Shown here one piece after another: positions 1 through 7,392 of a stretch of DNA of 24,089 bases. The first letter of the stretch is position 1. Every line of letters starts with the position of its first letter. The notes under the pieces were generated by a model. That model had not been told where the DNA came from. It did no database searches and worked only from the letters and a program-made list of their open reading frames with translations. The DNA is taken from positions 1 to 24,089 of the forward strand of contig JAUWBL010000001.1 in the NCBI GenBank assembly GCA_030601715.1, read 5' to 3'. The translations under genes were made by a program, and so were the position numbers. Source of the stretch: Candidatus Geothermarchaeota archaeon. Its GTDB lineage: Archaea > Thermoproteota > Nitrososphaeria > Geothermarchaeales > JAUWBL01.

Positions 1-72
1 GGCGTGACCATGAGGGATCAGAAGTCACGAGTAGTCCCGGTTCCACGCAAGATGCTGGTTAGGTCGAAATGA
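1..72 (+). CDS. smc: Smc chromosome segregation ATPase, 3' end only (runs off the window)
   Basis: Frame 1 reads GVTMRDQKSRVVPVPRKMLVRSK*. GVTM...S.V is the typical last motif of SMC head domains. The stop overlaps the scpA ATG (ATGA, 69-72). Confidence 0.75.
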   Translation, partial: GVTMRDQKSRVVPVPRKMLVRSK

Positions 73-713
73 GCCTGCCTGACCTCCCCCTGACTATCCT
101 CGATGGCCGTGAAACCAGGAAGCGGGATCCATGGCAGGTCGACGTTGAACGAGAGCTCTCTATCCTGCTCCAGCACCTGGAGGAAGCCATCAATCTTTTC
201 CTCTGCGGAATAGCGGCAGAGAACTCCTCCATCATCCATTGGAGAAAAGTCAGGCAAATCCTTGATCTCCGGGCAACTCCAAAGAAATTCGCGCGAGGAG
301 AACCTACTCCAATCAACGTAGGGGACCTCCCTTCCATTCAGTTCCTGACGACGGGAAAGGCCACCTTCATAGACCTCACCAAGGCTCTAGAGTCCCTCTT
401 GGATTTCCTTGAGAACGTAAGAGAACGGCGGGCGGAAGCTCTGGCTGCTCCAGAGTATTTCCCCAGCCTCGAGGAGGATTTCGCCGAGAGGATGAAGACC
501 CTCTCTCTGGAGATCCTGTCCGCCCTTCAAGAGCTGTTCGAGCTGCAGTCTGAGCGAATAAGTCTCATATTCCTTGCGACCCGGTTCGACACGATACGGC
601 CTATCGAGCTCTTCGTCACGATCCTCTTCCTCTACATGGATGGACTCATAGACTTGGTTGTTGTCGAACAAGGAGGGGAGGTTGATGACATCATCATCCA
701 GCCTTACCAATAA
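69..713 (+). CDS. scpA: Segregation and condensation protein A (kleisin)
   Basis: N-terminal DPWQVDV...L..L motif of archaeal ScpA, C-terminal winged-helix cap (FVTILFLYMDGLIDLVV), and position between smc and scpB. Confidence 0.85.
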   Translation: MSLPDLPLTILDGRETRKRDPWQVDVERELSILLQHLEEAINLFLCGIAAENSSIIHWRKVRQILDLRATPKKFARGEPTPINVGDLPSIQFLTTGKATFIDLTKALESLLDFLENVRERRAEALAAPEYFPSLEEDFAERMKTLSLEILSALQELFELQSERISLIFLATRFDTIRPIELFVTILFLYMDGLIDLVVVEQGGEVDDIIIQPYQ

Positions 714-1197
714 AGAAGTTCAGAGACGCCCGGCGACAACCCGGGAGAAGGCCTACCCGGTGCTCGATGCGCTCTTCTTCTCAGCTTCTGCTCCCCTCTC
801 CATAGATCAGATCAAGCGTGCACTGGGCTTGAGAACAAGACATGAGGCGTACAAACTCGTCAATTCGTATGTTTCGGAATTCAACAGCTTCCACCAAGGC
901 ATCCGAATCAGCAGACCAACGGGGGGATCATACGTCCTTCATCTAGAACCTCCACTGACAGAGGAGCTGAGGGGATACATCTCACCGTCCCCTCTTACGG
1001 AGAAGCAGTTGACAACATTGGCTTACATTTACAAGCATCAACCTGTCAAGCTCAGCCGAGTTGCGGCATCACTGGGTCAACGAGTCTATTCAGACCTTAA
1101 GAAACTCCGGAAGCTGAAGGTCGTATCGAGGAGGAAGGAAGGGCGTCAAAGCATCCTTCGTGTGAAGGATGAGGCGATGCCCCTGATACGGACTTAG
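685..1197 (+). CDS. scpB: Segregation and condensation protein B (tandem winged-helix, kite), divergent
   Basis: LDALFFSASAPLS and LTEKQLTTLAYIYKHQPVK resemble ScpB motifs. SD-like GGAGGGGAGGT at 672-682 favours ATG 685 (or TTG 682) over the track start at 658. Confidence 0.8.
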   Translation: MTSSSSLTNKEVQRRPATTREKAYPVLDALFFSASAPLSIDQIKRALGLRTRHEAYKLVNSYVSEFNSFHQGIRISRPTGGSYVLHLEPPLTEELRGYISPSPLTEKQLTTLAYIYKHQPVKLSRVAASLGQRVYSDLKKLRKLKVVSRRKEGRQSILRVKDEAMPLIRT

Positions 1198-1237
1198 AGA
1201 AGGATACAACCAGACAACGCATTCGCCCAGCCAGAAG

Positions 1238-1243
1238 TTATAA
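1238..1243 (+). promoter_or_regulatory. Probable TATA box of the rps8e operon
   Basis: TTATAA 38 nt upstream of the rps8e ATG, the only AT-rich patch in this intergenic gap. Confidence 0.55.
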
Positions 1244-1281
1244 CTGGTTGAGAGGAAGGAATTGGTGCGGTCGGTTGAGAT

Positions 1282-1668
1282 ATGCCTCAGTACCATCACG
1301 GGCTCAGAAAGAGAAAAGCCACTGGCGCAAGGAGGAGGGCTCAGAGGAAGAAGAGAAAATTCGAGAGGGGAAACGACCCGACACTGACAGCACTCGGCCC
1401 GACTAGAAGAGTAGTCTCCCGTGTCAAGGGAGGGACACGTGGAAGCAGGCTGTTTTCGACCCAATTCGCTAATGTGAGCGACCCGAAGACCAACACTGTC
1501 AGCAGAACGAAGATACGGAAAGTAGAGTCGAATCCCTCCAACCGGGACTACGACAGAAGAGGAATCATCACCAAGGGAGCTGTCATTTTAACAGAGATGG
1601 GAAAGGCGGTTGTGACCTCCCGGCCGGGACATGACGCCATAGTAAATGCGAAGCTGTTGGCAAGTTGA
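1282..1668 (+). CDS. rps8e: 30S ribosomal protein S8e
   Basis: Basic N-terminus (RKRKATGARRR...KKRKFERG), RVKGG, NPSNRDYDRRGIITKGAVILTEMGKAVVTSRPGHDAIVNA. Confidence 0.97.
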   Translation: MPQYHHGLRKRKATGARRRAQRKKRKFERGNDPTLTALGPTRRVVSRVKGGTRGSRLFSTQFANVSDPKTNTVSRTKIRKVESNPSNRDYDRRGIITKGAVILTEMGKAVVTSRPGHDAIVNAKLLAS

Positions 1669-1964
1669 AGCTAAAAAACGCTAACATTCTATGGACCGTT
1701 TACTTCGACTCCACTTTGACGAGGAAGCAGGGAAGAAGACTCGCTTCAAAGTACTGCGTACCAAAACCTAGGGCCGGGGAGATCCAGCGAGCCTGCACAA
1801 ACCTTGGCCTCGCGGTAATCGAGGAGAGAACAGCCAAACATCCTCGATCATGGTGGATTGATTCAGGCTATGTCGCCGTCACAAAGGGAAACAAGGATCG
1901 TATCATAAACGAGGTCTCGAAGGCTCTGAGAGAGCTCAGACACGGAGGTGGCCAGAAAGCCTGA
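1665..1964 (+). CDS. srp19: Signal recognition particle 19 kDa protein
   Basis: ILWTVYFDSTLTRKQGRR and KHPRSWW motifs. TTG start overlaps the rps8e stop (TTGA). Confidence 0.95.
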   Translation: MKLKNANILWTVYFDSTLTRKQGRRLASKYCVPKPRAGEIQRACTNLGLAVIEERTAKHPRSWWIDSGYVAVTKGNKDRIINEVSKALRELRHGGGQKA

Positions 1965-2233
1965 AGCGCGTGGGCAGAATACTGCACTATACGAAGAGCA
2001 GACTATACGTCGCTGAGGCAGGCTTCAAGGTTCTTCCGTCAACGTTGCTTTACGATGACGCTGGCAAGAAGGTGGCTGTGGTCGTTGACCTCATTGGTCC
2101 AATAAGCCAACCCTTCGTCACAGCGAAGCCACTCGTTGAATCACCGGAAAAGCTCGTCGGAAAGGTACTATACCTACGGAAACAGAGACGTAGACAGATA
2201 GATAGGCCAAGACAACGGGGAGATGTCTGTTGA
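1961..2233 (+). CDS. gar1: H/ACA RNP subunit Gar1; probable CTG start at 1961 (track start GTG 1970)
   Basis: VVDLIGPISQPFVTAKP is Gar1-like. CTG AAG CGC GTG GGC gives the family-typical MKRxG start, with SD GGAGGTG at 1944-1950. Confidence 0.85.
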   Translation: MKRVGRILHYTKSRLYVAEAGFKVLPSTLLYDDAGKKVAVVVDLIGPISQPFVTAKPLVESPEKLVGKVLYLRKQRRRQIDRPRQRGDVC

Positions 2234-2610
2234 AGGACAAGATTGAACAAGCGTATCTTCTCGTGCAGAAAGAGCGTGAGCTTCCACAAAGCGAGCTCTG
2301 GAAAAAGCTGGGTGTCTCAAGCAGAGAGGGATCTCGAGTGGCAAGAGAAATGGAGAACCGCGGACTAGTCGATAGGACGAGGGAGCTCCACGGAGGGCGC
2401 TGGACGTACATCTTGGTGTCGAAGAGAGTAGGAAGGGGAGTAAGTAGCATAGAGGACATCTTCTGCCTGCAGTGCCCCTATGAGGCTCGTTGCTCCTATG
2501 ACTCGTCCAAATATCTGATCGACTGCATCTATCTTGAAGAGTGGTCGCTGGAGCAGTATGCCCGACACCACCAACCGGCTGAAAGACATGAAGAACAAGT
2601 CGTGGTTTGA
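2230..2610 (+). CDS. tfeB: Transcription factor E beta subunit (RPC34/RPC39 homolog): winged helix plus Fe-S cluster domain
   Basis: N-terminal wHTH (QSELWKKLGVSSREGSR...ENRGLV) and C-terminal C-x2-C-x5-C-x10-C-IYLEEW, matching the RPC34-type Fe-S motif. TTGA overlap with gar1. Confidence 0.8.
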   Translation: MKDKIEQAYLLVQKERELPQSELWKKLGVSSREGSRVAREMENRGLVDRTRELHGGRWTYILVSKRVGRGVSSIEDIFCLQCPYEARCSYDSSKYLIDCIYLEEWSLEQYARHHQPAERHEEQVVV

Positions 2611-3220
2611 CACCAGGAGCAGGGACCCGTACTACCGTCGTGCGAAGAAGGAGGGCTATCGAAGCAGGGCGGCCTACAAGCTCGAGCAGTTGGACTCCAA
2701 GTACAGGATTCTGAAGAGAGGGTCAAGCGTTATTGACTTAGGCGCCGCCCCTGGCGGCTGGCTCCAGTACGCGTCTCGAAAGGTGGGGGCCAAAGGCACA
2801 GTTCTAGGGGTGGACAAGAAGGAGATCGAACCTCTGCCCGCCTCAAACGTGGCAACTCTTCGGGCGGACATTACTGATCCCTCCACCATTGAGAAGATAA
2901 GGAAGCAAGTTGACCAGGCCGACGTCCTGTTGGTGGACTTGTCTCCAAACGTTTCCGGGGTGTGGGAAGTCGATGTGGCGAGACAGGTTGAGCTCAACTT
3001 GTCGGCCCTGGGAGTAGCTGAGCGCGTCCTGCGGAAGGGTGGCAAGATGGCTCTAAAGATCTTCGAAGGAAAGGATTCCTGGAGAATAAAGACAGCTCTT
3101 GAAAGCTCATTTTCCAGAGTGAATCTGTTCAAGCCACCTGCATCCCGCAAGAAAAGCTCCGAGATTTATGCTATCTGCGAAGGATTTGGGGTTCTCAGCG
3201 TCTCGGCAAACTCTTCGTAG
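2588..3220 (+). CDS. rlmE: 23S rRNA 2'-O-methyltransferase RlmE/FtsJ
   Basis: RDPYYRRAKKEGYRSRAAYKL, DLGAAPGGW, DLSPNVSG, KPPASRKKSSEIY. ATG 2588 is preferred over the track start at 2534. Confidence 0.95.
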   Translation: MKNKSWFDTRSRDPYYRRAKKEGYRSRAAYKLEQLDSKYRILKRGSSVIDLGAAPGGWLQYASRKVGAKGTVLGVDKKEIEPLPASNVATLRADITDPSTIEKIRKQVDQADVLLVDLSPNVSGVWEVDVARQVELNLSALGVAERVLRKGGKMALKIFEGKDSWRIKTALESSFSRVNLFKPPASRKKSSEIYAICEGFGVLSVSANSS

Positions 3221-4323
3221 GGCGCACTCGTCTTCACCCCGGTGGGATTGAAGTGGGTTCGTGACGCATCAAACCCCTTCGATCTCAGGCTGTTTATCAC
3301 GCTGTCGATACTGGGAGTGACACGATCCAACCTGTCGGCGGTCTTGTGGACATCGAAGAAGTAGGGTGGAAGATGGTTCTCAGCTGTGAAACAAGACATG
3401 TATCTGCTGACGCGACGTAAGCTGGAGACTTCGAGGAGTCCCAGCTGCCCCTTCATTTTCTCTAGGAACTCGTCTGAGTGCAGGAGACCGATCCATAGGG
3501 GTCCCGCTACGAGAGAGGGCGAAGAACAGGTACAGGACGTAGAACCCGGGGGAGTCTCATTGACGCCAAGGGTCCAGATGTTGCGGCATCTCGGGCAGAC
3601 ATGCAGAAAGTGAATTCTCCTGTGTGGAAAGCGTTCCCTCCCCTTGACTATTCGCGCATAGGTTCTAACATAGTGGTCGCTGTAGACGGTAAGAAGGGGC
3701 GTCGCGACAAGATCCTTTCTGCCACATGCTTCTACAACCGACTTCACAAGGATCCTAGCGGCCAACTCGTGACAGAAATCGACATCCAGTGAATAGCTCC
3801 CATACTTCCTGAAAGCAGATCGCCTTCCACGTCTGCACAGAGGGGCAAGATCCGTCGCGGTCGCTGCAAGAACTCCCCCAGACTTCACGGCTGCCACGGC
3901 GTTGTCGATGTAACGAGCGAAGGACCCGTAGGGGTCGATGTCCACCATGTCGTAGCGTGTCCCGTCGGAGTAGAAGCGGCCCAAGAACGCGTTCGCCCGT
4001 TCCTGCGAAATCTCTGAGAAGTTCTCCATCTGGTTGATCTCCACGTTCTTGCGGCAGACCTTTGCCGCCCCCGCCGAGACATCGTTGAAATGAACCGAGT
4101 CCACGGCGCCGCTCTCCAAAAAGTATCGAATACCTCTCACTCCCGATGCGCACATCACATCCGCTATCGCCAAACTGCGACCCTTCAGCTCGGCTTCTGC
4201 AGCCAACACGAGTACCCCCAAGGTTCTCGTGAAGCTTCCCACCGGATTATAGAAGACGGACTGCCCCCGCCACGATAGCAGGATCCTGGCGGCGCCCTCT
4301 GCTATCACATCCTCGCCGTTCAT
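3166..4323 (-). CDS. trm1: tRNA (guanine-26 N2,N2)-dimethyltransferase
   Basis: VFYNP, DVMCASGVRGIRY, DIDPYGS, ATATDLAPLC, GPLWIGLLH and SRTHFNPTGVKT motifs. Confidence 0.93.
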   Translation of the reverse strand: MNGEDVIAEGAARILLSWRGQSVFYNPVGSFTRTLGVLVLAAEAELKGRSLAIADVMCASGVRGIRYFLESGAVDSVHFNDVSAGAAKVCRKNVEINQMENFSEISQERANAFLGRFYSDGTRYDMVDIDPYGSFARYIDNAVAAVKSGGVLAATATDLAPLCRRGRRSAFRKYGSYSLDVDFCHELAARILVKSVVEACGRKDLVATPLLTVYSDHYVRTYARIVKGRERFPHRRIHFLHVCPRCRNIWTLGVNETPPGSTSCTCSSPSLVAGPLWIGLLHSDEFLEKMKGQLGLLEVSSLRRVSRYMSCFTAENHLPPYFFDVHKTADRLDRVTPSIDSVINSLRSKGFDASRTHFNPTGVKTSAPYEEFAETLRTPNPSQIA

Positions 4324-4350
4324 GCCTGATAGAAAGTTTCTGTGAGCGAC

Positions 4351-4358
4351 TTTATACA
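4351..4358. promoter_or_regulatory. Probable bidirectional TATA box for trm1 and the NTPase
   Basis: Reads TTTATA on + (33 nt before ATG 4390) and TATAAA on - (27 nt before ATG 4323). Confidence 0.55.
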
Positions 4359-4389
4359 GGAGTCGTAGAGGATTCCTGATAGGATTCGA

Positions 4390-4947
4390 ATGCCCTCCTT
4401 CCTTCTAACGGGTCCATCAGGCATAGGTAAGACAACCATAATTCTGAAGGTGACCGACGCGTTAAGGATGAGGAAGTTCGAGGTAGGAGGGATGGTCTCC
4501 AGGGAAGTCAGGGTGGAAGGGAAGAGGGTGGGCTTTGAGCTCCTAGATCTCGCCTCGGGGAGAAGAGGTTGGTTGGCTCACGTGGAATTGGAAGTTGGTC
4601 CAAGAATAGGGAAGTACCGAGTGAATACACACGATCTGGAGAACATCGGCGTCAATTCCCTTCTGAAGGCTGTGAACCACTCAGATGCTGTGGTTTGCGA
4701 CGAAATCGGGCCCATGGAGCTGACATCAGCAGGATTCAGGAGAGCCGTGGAGACCATCGTGAATTCATCCACACCCGTTTTGGGAACGCTCCACCACAGG
4801 TATGCTTCGACCTTGATTCCTGAGCTCGAGAGCGCGCCTCAGCTGGAGGTCCACAGGGTCACCATGAGCAACAGGGAGGCGATGCCCTTCTTTCTCCTGA
4901 GAAAGATGGCTTCCAGTTTGCCGAAGAAGCCGAACTCCCGTAAGTGA
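4390..4947 (+). CDS. THEP1-family (NTPase_1) nucleoside triphosphatase
   Basis: LTGPSGIGKTT Walker A, REVRVEGKRVGF, IGKYRV and VCDEIGPMEL. Confidence 0.92.
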   Translation: MPSFLLTGPSGIGKTTIILKVTDALRMRKFEVGGMVSREVRVEGKRVGFELLDLASGRRGWLAHVELEVGPRIGKYRVNTHDLENIGVNSLLKAVNHSDAVVCDEIGPMELTSAGFRRAVETIVNSSTPVLGTLHHRYASTLIPELESAPQLEVHRVTMSNREAMPFFLLRKMASSLPKKPNSRK

Positions 4948-4956
4948 TACTAGGTG

Positions 4957-5601
4957 CTAGCTCTTGACGCCGACCAGAATGAAATCCTTGATGATCTTAG
5001 AGAGAGCCCGCTTCTGAAATGCCATGGAGCCTTCGAAGATCGGGACGAGTGTAGAGCCCGCGATCAGCAGCTTCTCGCGCATGGTCTCGTGAAGTCGCAT
5101 GAGGGAACGGTCGTACTCTGAGGCTGTTCCGGCGTAATCGCTGAAGGTCCTCGACATCACCACGGCCTGAACCTTCTCAGTCTCCTTCAGCACTTCCAGT
5201 ATCTCGAGTAGCTGGCCAGCTATCTCGTGGGAGATGAACTCTCTCGCTTCTTCTCGCAGGGCCTCCAGAGGGTGGTTGTCTTCCTCGGTGACCATGAAGA
5301 TGGCTGAGATGGTCTCAGCCAGCATACTTCTAATGATCCGTATCCATGATCTCGACATCTGGGCGGCCTCAGCTGGCGCCGGACCTGAGGATGACTCCGG
5401 GAGGTAATTCTCCTCGAACTTCTCCAGCTGAGCTGTTAGCTCTTCGCTCTTGAGGTCGATGGCTTTTATCTCCTTGGATAGGGTGGCGACCGTCCTCTCC
5501 AAGTGGTTCCTAAACCTAAACGCTTCCAACACAACCAACTCTCCGTCGCTGCTCCCATGCCATGACGATGGCTCACTACGGGCTTGACGTAACATTGTCA
5601 A
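4957..5601 (-). CDS. Hypothetical alpha-helical protein, no family recognised; start uncertain (5601, 5595, 5532 or 5529)
   Basis: Long ORF filling the gap between the NTPase and DUF47, E/L/A-rich heptad-like sequence. GGAG lies just upstream of GTG 5532 and TTG 5529. Confidence 0.7.
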   Translation of the reverse strand: MTMLRQARSEPSSWHGSSDGELVVLEAFRFRNHLERTVATLSKEIKAIDLKSEELTAQLEKFEENYLPESSSGPAPAEAAQMSRSWIRIIRSMLAETISAIFMVTEEDNHPLEALREEAREFISHEIAGQLLEILEVLKETEKVQAVVMSRTFSDYAGTASEYDRSLMRLHETMREKLLIAGSTLVPIFEGSMAFQKRALSKIIKDFILVGVKS

Positions 5602-5749
5602 GGTAATAAGCTGTATGTGACCTTCGCTCCTCCGCTGATAAGTTCTGAGATTGGCATCGCTGAATACCGTCAGAAGATATGCTTATACGCAGGCTCTGCG
5701 AATCGGTTGGTACGTTCAGGGTCTCCGCTTATCCTCCTATTGGTTGACC

Positions 5750-6433
5750 ATGTTTCGGAGAATTCGAGATCTGTTCACTTCGGGTGAAAGGGTTCTCTTC
5801 GGACAAATCTTGCAGCTTATCATTCTCTCAGAGAAGAGCTTGCGAAACCTCGACACGATGATCAGATCAGCAGGGAAAGAGCCAAAGCTACTGAAGACTG
5901 AGATGGGAACCATCGCGGAGCTGGAAAAGGAAGGCGATGCCCTAGCAATCAAGCTCACTCAAAGCATTACGAGGGGAGCTATCGCGCCAGGTTTGACAGA
6001 ACACTTCTTCACATTGATCCAACGGATCGACGATATCCTAGACACATCCCACTTCCTCGCTAGAGATATTTCAAGGGTTTCCACGCATGCGACAGCCTTC
6101 GGCTCACCCTTCTGTGTCCAAGTGTATCAGAAAGCGGCCGAGCTTCACGCCCTGTGCTTGAAGGGGACTCTCAAGCTGAAGGAACTCATCGAGGGAATCG
6201 ACGAGGGCTTTGATGCGAGCATCGAGAGAACCCGCGAGCTCGAGGAGATCGAGGAAAGGGTCGACGACATGAAGGAGGAGATTCTGGACAGTATGTATGA
6301 AGGCGTTGAGCTCATCGATTGGTGGGTTTTCGAACATCTGGTTGGCCTCATCCGCAGGCTGGATGACATCTCAGACCTCTGCGAAGACTGTGGAAATGAG
6401 ATCACCATGATTCTCACCCAGCTCGGAGCCTAG
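5750..6433 (+). CDS. DUF47 / PhoU-like phosphate transport regulator
   Basis: LEKEGDA, IDDILD and IEERVDDMKE...LDDISDLCED patterns, directly upstream of a PiT gene. ATG 5750 is preferred over the track start at 5651. Confidence 0.88.
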   Translation: MFRRIRDLFTSGERVLFGQILQLIILSEKSLRNLDTMIRSAGKEPKLLKTEMGTIAELEKEGDALAIKLTQSITRGAIAPGLTEHFFTLIQRIDDILDTSHFLARDISRVSTHATAFGSPFCVQVYQKAAELHALCLKGTLKLKELIEGIDEGFDASIERTRELEEIEERVDDMKEEILDSMYEGVELIDWWVFEHLVGLIRRLDDISDLCEDCGNEITMILTQLGA

Positions 6434-6438
6434 CAGCC

Positions 6439-7365
6439 ATGGCTTTGGAAGGGATGGTGCTGGGGCTCATTCTATCGGCACTAGTCGGTGGAAACAACCT
6501 TTCCGCTTGCGTCGGGACGATCTTAGGCGCCAGGATCGTCTCCAGGAAGACCGCTCTCACTATTGCTCTCGCCGGTGCTCTGCTGGGGCTAATGTTTGAG
6601 GGAGACAAGCTTCAACACGCCCGGTTGAATCTGGTCCCAGGTTTCGCCGAAGGTTTCGTGACTGTTGCATTCGCCATCGTCGTTCTGCTCTTCTTCGTAG
6701 CTACCCTGGTGAGGTTGCCGATGTCCCTTTCACAGTCTCTAGCGGGGACGGCGTTGGGGATTGGGCTCGTGTTAGGTGCGTCTGTTGATCTGACGTATCT
6801 ATCGCTTCTGGTAGGTTCTTGGATCATCACGCCCTTTCTGGCTTTCTTCCTGTCACGTGCAGCAACCCATCTGTTCAAGACATATACAAACAACGCGAAC
6901 ATCTGGACGAAGCAAAGCCTCTTCAGAGGTGGTCTGATACTGACATCCTTCTCCACATCATACGTCCTAGGAGCCAATACCTTGGGTTTCATCGCGGCTC
7001 TCACACCCGACCTAGAGGGATCTATCCTATCACCCCTCCTGATCGTCGCGCTTGGATACGTCCTTGGCGTTCTGTCGTTTGGGAGGGGCGTGTTCAGGAG
7101 GGTTGGCGAAGAGATCTATGAAATGGATTCCTCGTCATCTGTCTCGGCCCAGCTGGGAGGTGCAACGGTCATCGAGCTCTTCACCCAGTTGGGCGTCCCT
7201 GTGTCCGTCACTCAAGCAGTCAGCTCAGGTATCTTGGGCGCTGGGGTCGCCAAGCGCATCAGCATGATGAACTACAGGGTTGCGTTTCTCATTGTGCTGG
7301 AGTGGGTGATCACTCCTCTCGTCGGACTGATTGCCGGCTTCGGTGTCGGCTACCTTGTAGCCTGA
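6439..7365 (+). CDS. PiT-family (PHO4) anion permease with atypical signature motifs
   Basis: Many hydrophobic helices, GGNNLSACVGT and GANTLG at the two signature positions, LGVPVSVTQAVSSGILGAG and WVITP. Confidence 0.85.
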   Translation: MALEGMVLGLILSALVGGNNLSACVGTILGARIVSRKTALTIALAGALLGLMFEGDKLQHARLNLVPGFAEGFVTVAFAIVVLLFFVATLVRLPMSLSQSLAGTALGIGLVLGASVDLTYLSLLVGSWIITPFLAFFLSRAATHLFKTYTNNANIWTKQSLFRGGLILTSFSTSYVLGANTLGFIAALTPDLEGSILSPLLIVALGYVLGVLSFGRGVFRRVGEEIYEMDSSSSVSAQLGGATVIELFTQLGVPVSVTQAVSSGILGAGVAKRISMMNYRVAFLIVLEWVITPLVGLIAGFGVGYLVA

Positions 7366-7392
7366 CTCTCGGTGTTCCCTCGGCCCGGCGGT

